Assembly (NCBI GenBank): GCA_018883245.1
Contig: VEQL01000011.1
Location: 2,720 to 66,719 of the forward strand
DNA from: Chthoniobacterales bacterium
GTDB taxonomy: Bacteria > Verrucomicrobiota > Verrucomicrobiia > Chthoniobacterales > JACTMZ01
Length of the DNA: 64,000 nt
Reading direction: 5' to 3'
A program made the position numbers and the translations under genes. How positions within the stretch are numbered: the stretch's first letter is position 1; every line of letters starts with the position of its first letter. Of this stretch, positions 46,027 to 54,910 are shown one piece after another. The notes below the pieces were generated by a model. The model ran no database searches, was not told the origin of the DNA, and was given only the letters and a program-made list of their open reading frames with translations.

Positions 46027-47349
46027 TCAAGGGTTGGGGCGCGCTTTGATGTAGGCAGAAAACCATTTGCCGGCCGGCTCGAGATTGCGGACGTTGGTTT
46101 CCTTGTCGTAGGAGAATAGACCGAACTGGCCGTGCCAGCCCTCTTTCCACTCGTAGTTGTCCACGAGGGTCCAAGGGAAATAGCCGCGCACATCGACGCC
46201 GTCGGCCATCGCGCGCCGCATCTGTGCGATATGTTCGCGCAGGTAGCGGATGCGTTTCTGCTCGCTCTGCGTGCCGAGGCCGTTTTCCGAAATGACGATG
46301 GGTTTGCCGTAGCGCTTGTTCACCGCGGTGAGAACGTTGTAGAGCCCCTCCGGCACGATCTCCCAACCCATCTGCGTGTAGTTGGATGACATTTCGCCGT
46401 GGCCGCGGTTGAGGAAGCGCATAATATTGGCATCCTGCGCGTAGTAGTAGTTCACGCCGATGATGTCCATGGTGTCGGCCACCTTGTCGAGATGGTCGAA
46501 ATTCTGGCGCTGCACGACATTGTAAACCACCGCGGTCGGATCGCCGAAGAAGCTCCGTCGCCAGTCCGGAAGGGAATAAATCCCCATGACAAGGGCATCC
46601 GGGCGTTCGCGGCGGATGATCGCCGCCGCATCGCGGAACATTTCGGCAGAGGCGCGCATGGCGCGCTTGTAAGCGAAGGGATGAAGCAGGAGCCCCGGCG
46701 GCCAGTGTCCGGCGATGTAACCCAGATTGAGCGCACCGTTGGGCTCGTTCTGCGGAACGTAGATGCGCACGTAAGGCTTCATGGCGCGGACCACGCGGGT
46801 CACGTGCGCACGCCAGGCTTCCTGCGCATCAGGGTGGAGAAAGTTCGCACGGCTCTTGTCGTGACCGTCGTAAAGCCAATCGGGAAACGTGAAGTGCCAG
46901 AGATTGACGACGGGCTCGATGCCCGCGGCGCGCAGCTGGCGCGCCATTCCCACGTAACGGGCCAAGGCCTGCCCGTTGATCACGCCGGGCTTGGGTTCCA
47001 CGCGCGCCCACTCGACGCCGAAACGGAAATGCGACACCCCGAGCTGCTTCAGCGCTTTGAGGTCGAGATCGAACCTCGACCATGAAGACACTGCTTTGTC
47101 GCCGCGCGCCGGCGCTTTGCCCTCCCCGGCAAAGACGTCCCAGTCGGTGCGGAAGTTCATCGGATCGTCCGCCGCCATGCCGCGATCCTCGTTCTGGAAA
47201 CTGGCGGTCGATGTGCCCCACCAGAATTTTTCCTTCGGCAAAGGCTTCAACACCACCGCATCCGCGGGCTTCCGGTATTGACCCGGCGGCGTGACGCAAC
47301 CGGCGAGAGCAACCAGCGCGGTGGCGAGAAGAAGTCGGGCTGCTTGCAT
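46027..47349 (-). CDS. GH1-family beta-glycosidase-like lipoprotein
   Basis: Lipobox ALVALAGC; FWWGTSTASFQNED (GH1 N-terminal signature); acid/base VPQNEPNG; nucleophile IVISENGLG. The start was trimmed to the ATG at 47349. Confidence 0.8.
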   Translation of the reverse strand: MQAARLLLATALVALAGCVTPPGQYRKPADAVVLKPLPKEKFWWGTSTASFQNEDRGMAADDPMNFRTDWDVFAGEGKAPARGDKAVSSWSRFDLDLKALKQLGVSHFRFGVEWARVEPKPGVINGQALARYVGMARQLRAAGIEPVVNLWHFTFPDWLYDGHDKSRANFLHPDAQEAWRAHVTRVVRAMKPYVRIYVPQNEPNGALNLGYIAGHWPPGLLLHPFAYKRAMRASAEMFRDAAAIIRRERPDALVMGIYSLPDWRRSFFGDPTAVVYNVVQRQNFDHLDKVADTMDIIGVNYYYAQDANIMRFLNRGHGEMSSNYTQMGWEIVPEGLYNVLTAVNKRYGKPIVISENGLGTQSEQKRIRYLREHIAQMRRAMADGVDVRGYFPWTLVDNYEWKEGWHGQFGLFSYDKETNVRNLEPAGKWFSAYIKARPNP

Positions 47350-47378
47350 CGGATTTTGCACGTTAGTATCTTCGCCAA

Positions 47379-48269
47379 ATGTTGGCAATTCGCGTCCTTG
47401 TCGCCATCGGGTGCTTGCTGCCGACCGTTGCGGGCGCCGCGCTGCGATCCGAACAAGCCCCCGATTCGGTGGAACTCAACGACGGCACGGAGTTGCACGG
47501 CCTGATCCTGCAGAACACGCGCGACATGGTCGTGCTGGAGACCGACAAAGGCGAAGCGCGGCTTCCCAAGGAATACATCCGCCGTATCGACGACGCGCCC
47601 AACGGCGAGGCGATCTTTCAGGACATCGTCGAGAAGAACGGTCTGCCTTCGTGGCGCTCGATCGTGCACGACATGCGCACCTACGACTCGGTGCAGGCCT
47701 TCGAGCAGATTCCGCCGACCGCCATCGACAACGGCCTGTTGCGCAACATCCCTTACCTCTCCTTCAAGGTGAACCACGAGTGGGAGCTTAATGTTTACGG
47801 GCGCCCCGACAGCCCGGTCGCCGTGGAGTTGGGCATTTACGGCGACCGCCCGCTCAACGGCAAGACGCTGCGGATTTTCCGGGAATTCATCGCCGGCCAT
47901 CTCGACGGCAAAGACCAGATACGCGCGCTCTACAGTTTGAGCCCGAAGCGGCAGGACGCTCGAGCCGGCAAACTCGCTTTCCGCCTCATCCGGCCCCGCG
48001 ATCCGGACGGCTACGGAGGCACTTGGTTTGTCGTCTATCGCCCCGATTTGCTGGAGCATGCGCGGTTGCCGGATCAAGCCTACGCGGCCATCACGCGACC
48101 ATTCGAGGAGGTCAACAATCCGGACGGCAGCCTGCGTGCCGACAAGAAACAGGCGAATATCAGTTGGCTGGAACGCGCAATGAAAACGTTGACCGGCGAA
48201 GAGCCCGAATTGCGCGGATTCTACCGGGACAAGAACGGCGTCTTCCGTGTGTTAAGGAACGATTCCTAG
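47379..48269 (+). CDS. Secreted hypothetical protein
   Basis: Signal-like MLAIRVLVAIGCLLPTVAGAA. No family recognised. Confidence 0.45.
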   Translation: MLAIRVLVAIGCLLPTVAGAALRSEQAPDSVELNDGTELHGLILQNTRDMVVLETDKGEARLPKEYIRRIDDAPNGEAIFQDIVEKNGLPSWRSIVHDMRTYDSVQAFEQIPPTAIDNGLLRNIPYLSFKVNHEWELNVYGRPDSPVAVELGIYGDRPLNGKTLRIFREFIAGHLDGKDQIRALYSLSPKRQDARAGKLAFRLIRPRDPDGYGGTWFVVYRPDLLEHARLPDQAYAAITRPFEEVNNPDGSLRADKKQANISWLERAMKTLTGEEPELRGFYRDKNGVFRVLRNDS

Positions 48270-48386
48270 TCGGGCCGCGCCAGCATCGCTGATCTTGCGC
48301 AGCGCCAAATTGTCGGAGCCCAGAGTCAATAGGAATGGCGTTTACGTTATTTGCTTTGTCCTTGGGCTTGGCGCCGGAAGGTAAAA

Positions 48387-48402
48387 TTAATTTGCAAATT
48401 AA
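48387..48402. promoter_or_regulatory. Perfect 16-bp AT-rich palindrome TTAATTTGCAAATTAA (candidate Fur-family operator)
   Basis: Read directly from the sequence. It lies in the most AT-rich stretch of the window (25/60 and 21/60 G+C in lines 48361 and 48421), 70 nt upstream of the fur-family GTG. Confidence 0.4.
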
Positions 48403-48428
48403 AATGGTCTGTGGGAATTGTTTGGATG

Positions 48429-48442
48429 TGACATTCGTGTCA
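48429..48442. promoter_or_regulatory. Inverted repeat TGACA-TTCG-TGTCA between -35-like TTGGAT and -10-like CATAAT
   Basis: Read directly from the sequence. CATAAT lies at 48447-48452, 20 nt before the GTG at 48472. Confidence 0.3.
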
Positions 48443-48471
48443 TAGACATAATCCAACAAGAAACAACAAAA

Positions 48472-48867
48472 GTGAACTACGCTACAAGACAACGATCCGC
48501 CGTGCAGAAAACGCTGGAGGATGCTGGCCGTCCCATGACGCCTGCTGACATCTGGACGGTTGCACGCGGCCTGTCGCCCGGGTTGGGCATCGCAACCGTT
48601 TACCGCGCTCTGCGCATCCTCATGGACATGGGGGAAGTGGAGATCGTGGAGATTCCGGGTGCACCGCCCCACTACGAGCGCAAGCACCCTCAACACCACC
48701 ACCACTTCCTCTGCGACGCATGCCAGCGCGTGTTCGAGGTCGAGGCCTGCGCCTCCGGCATCGATCAGATTGCTCCGCAGGGATTTGTGGTCAAACGCCA
48801 CTCGCTCACCCTTTACGGAGCCTGCGCGGAATGCGCAGCCAAGGGAGGCGGAACAACGCCTGCTTGA
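48472..48867 (+). CDS. Fur-family metalloregulator (Fur/Zur/PerR subclass unassigned)
   Basis: TRQRSAVQKTLEDAGRPMTPADIW...IATVYRALRIL (wHTH), HHHHFLCDACQRVFEV and LYGACAEC (two CxxC pairs). I prefer the GTG at 48472; the track start is a TTG at 48418 that would place the IR inside the CDS. Confidence 0.85.
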   Translation: MNYATRQRSAVQKTLEDAGRPMTPADIWTVARGLSPGLGIATVYRALRILMDMGEVEIVEIPGAPPHYERKHPQHHHHFLCDACQRVFEVEACASGIDQIAPQGFVVKRHSLTLYGACAECAAKGGGTTPA

Positions 48868-48890
48868 TCAGGTTCGGATTTTTATCCGGA

Positions 48891-48922
48891 AAAGGCCCGT
48901 CCTCCAGGACGGGCCTTTTGTT
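48891..48922 (+). terminator. Rho-independent terminator/attenuator after the fur-family gene
   Basis: A 9-bp stem, GGCCCGTCC (48894-48902) pairing with GGACGGGCC (48907-48915), has loop TCCA, is flanked by AAA/TTT, and is followed by TTTTGTT. It ends 2 nt before the next ATG. Confidence 0.6.
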
Positions 48923-48923
48923 C

Positions 48924-49601
48924 ATGCGGCCTTGCGCCAGACAAGACCGCCGACGGCGCAATCACGCTTTCTCCCTGAGCGAGCTGCTGGTCGCCATCGC
49001 CATTCTCGCCCTTCTCGCCGCGCTCGCTGCGGCGGTGTTCGGCACCATGATGCACCGCGGCGACCGGGCCGACGCACTGGCCAAAACGCGAGCCATGGGC
49101 GCGGCGGTGCTGCATTACGCCTCCGACCACGGCGGTCTGCTCCCGCCCCTTTTCCCCGGGCAAGTGTTGGAATACGAGCACGGACGCGGCGGGCGCATTG
49201 TCACCGAGTGCGCCGCTTACCTCGGGATCCGGACGAACGAGGGGAAGTTCATCGTCGAATCCCTGCTGCCCCGCGCTTATGTCCGCGTGGCGCAACCCTC
49301 GGACCGTTCGCAGATGCGCGTGTGGGTTATGAACTCATCGGTCACAAACGGCAGCGGCGCAGTTATTTCGCCTTTCGGACGCGTTGCGACCGCGGGGCAA
49401 CCGCCGGTGGAAAACATGCCCCTTGCCGCGGTTGTCGGGCCGGCGGCCTTGTGGATGATGAGCACGGCCGACCGCAAACAGCCCCAAGTGGCCGCGGCGC
49501 CATGGAAAGCCAACGCACCGCCCGATCCGCCTCTGGGCGATCGCCGTGCGGTTTTTCGCTTCGACGGGACGGCTGAACTTGTGCACACCAATACACCATG
49601 A
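48924..49601 (+). CDS. Prepilin-type N-terminal cleavage/methylation domain protein (pseudopilin-like, degenerate H-X9-DG C-terminus)
   Basis: NHAFSLSELLVAIAILALLAALAAAVF is a class III signal/methylation motif. The C-terminal LGDRRAVFRFDGTAELV resembles the H-X9-DG tail with Leu at the His position. Confidence 0.75.
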   Translation: MRPCARQDRRRRNHAFSLSELLVAIAILALLAALAAAVFGTMMHRGDRADALAKTRAMGAAVLHYASDHGGLLPPLFPGQVLEYEHGRGGRIVTECAAYLGIRTNEGKFIVESLLPRAYVRVAQPSDRSQMRVWVMNSSVTNGSGAVISPFGRVATAGQPPVENMPLAAVVGPAALWMMSTADRKQPQVAAAPWKANAPPDPPLGDRRAVFRFDGTAELVHTNTP

Positions 49602-50722
49602 AGAGCGGCATCCCCGTCCTCTGCAGTCTCCTTGTTTTCTGCCACGCGTCGCCGGGCGAAACCGTCACCTCCGAAGCCCACCGCTTCCGCGTCGAGCCGG
49701 TCGCCGAAAATCTCGACCATCCGTGGGCTGTCGAAAAACTGCCCGACGGACGCTTCCTCGTCACCGAGCGCCAAGGCAATCTGCTTCTGATCGACAGAGC
49801 CGGGGCGCCGCCGCAAAACATCGCGGGCGTTCCACCCGTCTTCGCCCGCGGCCAGGGGGGACTGCTCGATGTGGAATTGCATCCGGACTACGCGGAGAAC
49901 GGATGGATCTATCTGACTTTTTCCAAACCGACCGGCAAAGGCGCGCTCACTTCGGTTGTCCGGGCGAAACTGGACGGCGGCAAACTCGCGGACTTGGAAA
50001 CCATCTTCGAACCGCCCGCGGATCAGGCCACCGAAGCCGTGGTCCATTTCGGATCGCGCATCGCGTTCGACGGACGCGGCAACTTTTTCTTTTCCATCGG
50101 CGACCGCGGCGGACCCACCAATCCGCGGAACCTCGCGCAGAGCCTTTCGAGCGTGACGGGAAAAATTCACCGGCTTCGCGACGATGGCGCGGTGCCGCCG
50201 GACAACCCGTTCGTCGCCACGCCGGGCGCGATGCCTTCCATCTGGGCCTACGGAGTGCGCAATCCGCAGGGGCTGGTCTATGACACCGCTTCGGCAAGAC
50301 TTTGGGAAACCGAACACGGACCGAGGGGCGGCGACGAGCTGAACATCATCCGCAAAGGCGCCAACTACGGGTGGCCGGTCGCGACCTTCGGTATCAACTA
50401 CAGCGGAACGACCATCACCGACAAAACCAGCCTTCCCGGCATGGAGGATCCCGTGGCGCAGTGGACCCCGGTCATCGCCGCATCGGGGCTCGCGCTCTAC
50501 CGCGGGGACAAATTTCCACGCTGGCAGGGCAACCTCTTTGCCGGCGGGCTCGCCGGACAGCGGCTCGTGCGCATCGAACTCTCCGGAGCGATCGTTGCCG
50601 CACAGGAAATTCTGCTCAAAGATACGGGACGCATCCGCGATGTCCGAGTGTTCGACGACGGATTTCTCTACGTCGTTTACGACGAGCCGGGCAAAGTCGT
50701 GCGGCTGGTTCCGGCCGAGTGA
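49598..50722 (+). CDS. PQQ-dependent soluble aldose sugar dehydrogenase (YliI/Asd-like)
   Basis: A signal peptide, then PWAVEKLPDGRFLVTERQGNLLLI, GGLLDVELHPDYAENGWIYLTF and HGPRGGDELNIIRKGANYGWP. ATGA overlap with the preceding gene. Confidence 0.85.
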   Translation: MKSGIPVLCSLLVFCHASPGETVTSEAHRFRVEPVAENLDHPWAVEKLPDGRFLVTERQGNLLLIDRAGAPPQNIAGVPPVFARGQGGLLDVELHPDYAENGWIYLTFSKPTGKGALTSVVRAKLDGGKLADLETIFEPPADQATEAVVHFGSRIAFDGRGNFFFSIGDRGGPTNPRNLAQSLSSVTGKIHRLRDDGAVPPDNPFVATPGAMPSIWAYGVRNPQGLVYDTASARLWETEHGPRGGDELNIIRKGANYGWPVATFGINYSGTTITDKTSLPGMEDPVAQWTPVIAASGLALYRGDKFPRWQGNLFAGGLAGQRLVRIELSGAIVAAQEILLKDTGRIRDVRVFDDGFLYVVYDEPGKVVRLVPAE

Positions 50723-50767
50723 AGTTATTTCTCGGCTCGCGTCCCCGCCGCTGTAGTCTCCCGGACG

Positions 50768-52219
50768 ATGGACGTTGAAATACTCTCGCGGATCCAGTTC
50801 GCGTTCACCGTCGCGTTTCATTACCTCTACCCGCCGCTGAGCATCGGTCTCGGCGTGATCTTGGTCATCATGGAGGCCATGTGGCTGAAAACCGGCCACG
50901 TGCGCTACCACAACATGGCCCGCTATTGGACCCGCATCTTCGGCCTCACCTTCGCCATCGGTGTGGCCTCCGGCATCGTGATGGAATTCGAATTCGGGAC
51001 GAACTGGGCCGCTTATTCGCGCTTCGTGGGCGACGTCTTCGGCAGCGCCCTCGCCGCCGAGGGCATCTTCGCGTTTTTCCTCGAGTCCGGATTCCTGGCC
51101 ATCCTGCTTTTCGGATGGAACAAGGTCGGGCCCAAACTTCATTTTTTCTCCACCCTCATGGTCTGCCTCGGCGCGCACTTCAGCGCGGTGTGGATCGTCG
51201 TCGCCAACTCTTGGATGCAAACACCGGCCGGGTTTTCCATCGAATACAACGGCGAGATCATGCCGCCGGGCTTCGTGCCGACCGCCGACCAAATCCTCCA
51301 CTCGCGCGCCGTCATCCACGATTTCTGGGCCATGGTTTTCAATCCTTCGTCGATGGACCGACTTTCGCACGTCCTTGTCGGCGCCTGGCAGACCGGCGCG
51401 TTCCTCGTGGTCGGGATCAGCGCGTTTTATCTGCTTCGCGGACGCCACAAAGAATTCGCGGCCTCATCGCTGAAAATCGGACTGTGCGTCGCGGCCGTCG
51501 CGTCGCTGCTTCAACTGGCTACCGGCGCAAAGTCCGCCGATGGCGTGACGAGAAACCAGCCCGCCAAGCTGGCAGCGATGGAAGGAATTTTCAAAACCCA
51601 AACCGACGCTCCGATGTCTGTCGCCGGCTGGGTGAATACGGACAGCCAAGAGGTTATCGGACTGAAAATCCCCGGGATGCTCAGCTATCTGGTCGGCGGA
51701 TCGACGGAAACCGTGGTCAAGGGCCTCGATGCTTTCCCCGCGCAGGAGTGGCCGCCCGTGCAACCCGTGTTCCAATTTTACCACATCATGATCGCCATCG
51801 GCATGGCTCTCATCGGCGTCGCATGGCTCGGGATATTTCTGTGGTGGCGCGGATGGCTCTTCGAAACAGCCAACCCTCTTGTCCGCGCGTATTATTGCAT
51901 CCTCGTGCTTTCGGTGCTCGGACCGCAGGTCGCCAACCAGGCCGGATGGTTTACCGCCGAGATGGGGCGCCAGCCGTGGATCGTTTACGGGCTCATGCGC
52001 ACATCGCAGGGGTTGTCGGAGGTGGTCGCGGCCAACCACGTGCTGGCATCGCTCATCATGTTCAGCCTGATCTACGCGCTGCTCTTTGCCGTTTTCCTTT
52101 ACCTGCTTGCGCGCAAGATCCAACGGGGTCCGGACAACGAGGAGGACAGTGAAACGATGCCGGAGAGCTGGATTGCGCTGATGGAACGGCGCAAAGGGCA
52201 GGCCAGCGCGGCCGGCTGA
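50768..52219 (+). CDS. cydA: Cytochrome bd ubiquinol oxidase subunit I
   Basis: MDVEILSRIQFAFTVAFHYLYPPLSIGLG, GWFTAEMGRQPWIVYGLMRT. Confidence 0.95.
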   Translation: MDVEILSRIQFAFTVAFHYLYPPLSIGLGVILVIMEAMWLKTGHVRYHNMARYWTRIFGLTFAIGVASGIVMEFEFGTNWAAYSRFVGDVFGSALAAEGIFAFFLESGFLAILLFGWNKVGPKLHFFSTLMVCLGAHFSAVWIVVANSWMQTPAGFSIEYNGEIMPPGFVPTADQILHSRAVIHDFWAMVFNPSSMDRLSHVLVGAWQTGAFLVVGISAFYLLRGRHKEFAASSLKIGLCVAAVASLLQLATGAKSADGVTRNQPAKLAAMEGIFKTQTDAPMSVAGWVNTDSQEVIGLKIPGMLSYLVGGSTETVVKGLDAFPAQEWPPVQPVFQFYHIMIAIGMALIGVAWLGIFLWWRGWLFETANPLVRAYYCILVLSVLGPQVANQAGWFTAEMGRQPWIVYGLMRTSQGLSEVVAANHVLASLIMFSLIYALLFAVFLYLLARKIQRGPDNEEDSETMPESWIALMERRKGQASAAG

Positions 52220-52226
52220 TCGCACC

Positions 52227-53243
52227 ATGGACCTCAACACCATCTGGTTCATTTTGGTCGGCGTCCTCTTCACGGGCTACGCCATGCTCGACGGCTTCGA
52301 TCTCGGCGTCGGCGCTTTGCACCTCTTTGTCAAAAAAGACGAAGACCGTCGCATCTTCCTCAACGCCATCGGGCCCGTGTGGGACGGCAACGAGGTGTGG
52401 CTTGTCACCGGCGGCGGTGCGCTCTTCGCCGCCTTCCCCGGGGTCTATGCCACGGTTTTCTCCGGGTTTTACCTCGCGTTCATGGCCCTGCTGGCCGCTC
52501 TCATTTTCCGGGCGGTGGCCATCGAGTTCCGCAGCAAAGAGCAATGGCACTGGTGGCGCACCATGTGGGATACGGGCTTTTCCCTCGGCAGCATCGTCTC
52601 CGGCCTTCTCATCGGCGTGGCCATGGGCAACATCCTCCAGGGCATCCCGCTCGACGCGCGAGGCAATTACACCGGCGGATTTTTCCATCTTCTGAATCCC
52701 TACGCGCTGCTGCTCGGGCTCACCACGGTCGCGCTCTTTGCCATGCACGGGTCGATCTACCTCGTTATGAAAACCGAGGGGAACTTGCAGGCGCGCGTGC
52801 GCACATGGGTCGGGCGCACGATTGCCGTGTTCCTGTTTTTTTATATCGCCCTGAACATCGCCACGCTGTTTTACGCGCCGCATCTGCTGGAGAAACTGCG
52901 CGACCGCCCGTGGTTGCTCGCCGTCTTCGCCCTCAACGTGCTCGCGGTGATGAACATCCCGCGCGAAAATCGCAATGGCAACGAATTCCGGGCGTTCCTT
53001 TCCTCGTGCGCCGCGATGGCCCTGCTCATGGCCCTGTTCGGACTGACCGTTTATCCGGACATGGTGCTCTCCATGCCCGATCCGCAAAACAGCCTTACGA
53101 TCTACAACGCCGCTTCGACGCCCAAGACCCATACGATCATGCTCGTCATCGCCGTGATCGGCGTTCCCGTCGTCCTCGCTTACACCGCGAGCGTTTACTA
53201 CATTTTCCGGGGCAAGGTGAAACTCACCCCGCACAGCTACTGA
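52227..53243 (+). CDS. cydB: Cytochrome bd ubiquinol oxidase subunit II
   Basis: MDLNTIWFILVGVLFTGYAMLDGFDLGVG, GPVWDGNEVWL. Confidence 0.93.
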   Translation: MDLNTIWFILVGVLFTGYAMLDGFDLGVGALHLFVKKDEDRRIFLNAIGPVWDGNEVWLVTGGGALFAAFPGVYATVFSGFYLAFMALLAALIFRAVAIEFRSKEQWHWWRTMWDTGFSLGSIVSGLLIGVAMGNILQGIPLDARGNYTGGFFHLLNPYALLLGLTTVALFAMHGSIYLVMKTEGNLQARVRTWVGRTIAVFLFFYIALNIATLFYAPHLLEKLRDRPWLLAVFALNVLAVMNIPRENRNGNEFRAFLSSCAAMALLMALFGLTVYPDMVLSMPDPQNSLTIYNAASTPKTHTIMLVIAVIGVPVVLAYTASVYYIFRGKVKLTPHSY

Positions 53244-53249
53244 TCGTTC

Positions 53250-53651
53250 TTACTCCTGCGGCTCAAGCTGTGCGTGCTTCGCCATCAGGCGGTGCAGTCG
53301 GAGAAAAGCCCGCCGGGCGGATTCAATGTCGGGAGCCCCTGCGACTTTCTTGGCACAGGCTGCAATCTGCGGATCGCCGGTTTCGAAAGCCCGCGCGATG
53401 ACCTCCGCCTGCGCCGCCACGCCATCGAGCGAAGCGCGGGCCAACGTCTCGCGGATCGCCTCGTAGGAACCCGCCGCCGCGATCACCTCGGGACGCATCG
53501 CCGAAAAATTCCTGCCGTCGAGGAACGGGCACGACGGCATTTCTTGCGGGCCTCCCCTTTGCTGCATCGGCGCGAATAACATCGCCGCGCCCGTGCCGAG
53601 AAAAAAACAAACGAGGCCGACGATGAAGAATCGCCAAAACACGAGTGTCAA
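53250..53651 (-). CDS. Membrane-anchored hypothetical protein (possibly DUF3347-like helical domain)
   Basis: A TM anchor, WRFFIVGLVCFFLGTGAAMLF, is followed by a helical region, SYEAIRETLARASLDGVAAQAEVIARAF...ARRAFLRLHRLM. 4-nt overlap with the ispD stop. Confidence 0.45.
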   Translation of the reverse strand: MTLVFWRFFIVGLVCFFLGTGAAMLFAPMQQRGGPQEMPSCPFLDGRNFSAMRPEVIAAAGSYEAIRETLARASLDGVAAQAEVIARAFETGDPQIAACAKKVAGAPDIESARRAFLRLHRLMAKHAQLEPQE

Positions 53652-54406
53652 CGGGGGGGCCGGCGTCCGCGCACGATCGCGCGGGCGAGTTCAAGATCGT
53701 CGGGAAACGTGATTTTGCCGTTCCATTCGTGAGACTCGACCAGCGCCACCGGCGCCCCCGCAGCCTGCACGGCCGAAGTTTCGTCGGTCACCACCGTTCC
53801 CGCCGCCACCACCTCGGCATAGGCGTGGCGTAAAAGTTCTGCTCGGAAAACCTGCGGAGTCTGCACGGACCAAAGATGGGCGCGATCCACGGTTTCGACA
53901 ACCAACCCCTCGTCGTTGATGCGCTTGAGCGTGTCGGTGACCGGTTGCGCGCAGGCCGCGGCGCCCGTGTTGCGGGCGGATTCAAGGCAGCGCTCGATCA
54001 CGCCGAGGCTGACAAGCGGACGGGCCGCGTCATGCACGGCAATCATGGCCGCGTCCGGCGGGACGTGATCCAGACCTTCGGCCACGGAAAGATGACGGTG
54101 CGCACCTCCCTCGACCACGGCGCGCAGCTTTTGCGGCGCGGCTGCCCGAGCGATCTCCTCGAAGTGCTGGCGCGTGTTGGCGGCGCAAACCAGAACGATG
54201 GCGTCGATCGCCCGGCACTCCCCAAAAGTTTCGATGCTCCACGCAAGCACGGGTTTGCCCCCGAGGTCGGCGGTGAGTTTGTCGAAACCCATGCGACGGC
54301 TGGCACCGCCGGCAACGATGACGGCCCAAATACTCTCCTTCTTCGATGTGCGCGGCTTAGCCAAGTTGCTTTTGAACCTCCGCGTTGACGGATTTGCCAT
54401 CGGCAC
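53648..54406 (-). CDS. ispD: 2-C-methyl-D-erythritol 4-phosphate cytidylyltransferase
   Basis: AVIVAGGASRRMGFDKL, VHDAARPLV. The start is uncertain: the ORF overlaps the upstream yqeY-like stop by 50 nt. Confidence 0.88.
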   Translation of the reverse strand: MPMANPSTRRFKSNLAKPRTSKKESIWAVIVAGGASRRMGFDKLTADLGGKPVLAWSIETFGECRAIDAIVLVCAANTRQHFEEIARAAAPQKLRAVVEGGAHRHLSVAEGLDHVPPDAAMIAVHDAARPLVSLGVIERCLESARNTGAAACAQPVTDTLKRINDEGLVVETVDRAHLWSVQTPQVFRAELLRHAYAEVVAAGTVVTDETSAVQAAGAPVALVESHEWNGKITFPDDLELARAIVRGRRPPR

Positions 54407-54812
54407 GGCCGGCCGCCTTCGTCATCACGGCCTTCATCACCGCACCCATCTGCGCTTTGCCGGTTGCGCCCGTCTCGACAATCGCCGCGCGCACAAGCGC
54501 CGCCAACTCGTCGGCGGAAAGCGCGGAAGGAAGGTAGCTCTCGAGGAGAGTGATCTCGGCCTTTTCCTTTTCCGCTTGTTCGGCGCGGCCGCCTTTCACG
54601 AAACCGTCCACGGCATCCTGGCATTGCTTGATCCGCTTGCGGATGACGGAAACAACGTCCGCGTCATCCAAGGCGGCTTCCGTGCCGGAACCTTTTTCGA
54701 TGACGGCGTATTTTAGCGACGACTTCAGCATCCGCAGGGCCCCGAGCCGGACGGAATCTTTCGCTTTCATGGCGTGCTTGATATCGGAGTCGATTTTTTC
54801 GGTCAGGGCCAT
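54357..54812 (-). CDS. yqeY: GatB/YqeY domain protein
   Basis: LTEKIDSDIKHAMKAKDSVRLGALRMLKSSLKY...GKAQMGAVMKAVM. The start was trimmed to the ATG at 54812. Confidence 0.85.
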   Translation of the reverse strand: MALTEKIDSDIKHAMKAKDSVRLGALRMLKSSLKYAVIEKGSGTEAALDDADVVSVIRKRIKQCQDAVDGFVKGGRAEQAEKEKAEITLLESYLPSALSADELAALVRAAIVETGATGKAQMGAVMKAVMTKAAGRADGKSVNAEVQKQLG

Positions 54813-54910
54813 AGGCAGGGAGAATACGGGCAAGGCCCCTTCGCGGGCGAGCGGTTTCCCGCCCCGCGATTGCGGGCGGCCCGTCGCCCCAGTAGGTTGG
54901 CGGGCAAAGA

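Noticed and set aside
49277-51448. A 723-aa minus-strand ORF
   Set aside because: It runs antisense across three well-supported plus-strand genes (the pseudopilin-like gene, the PQQ dehydrogenase and cydA) and the gap between them. It has no recognisable domain. It is a high-GC stop-codon-poor artefact.
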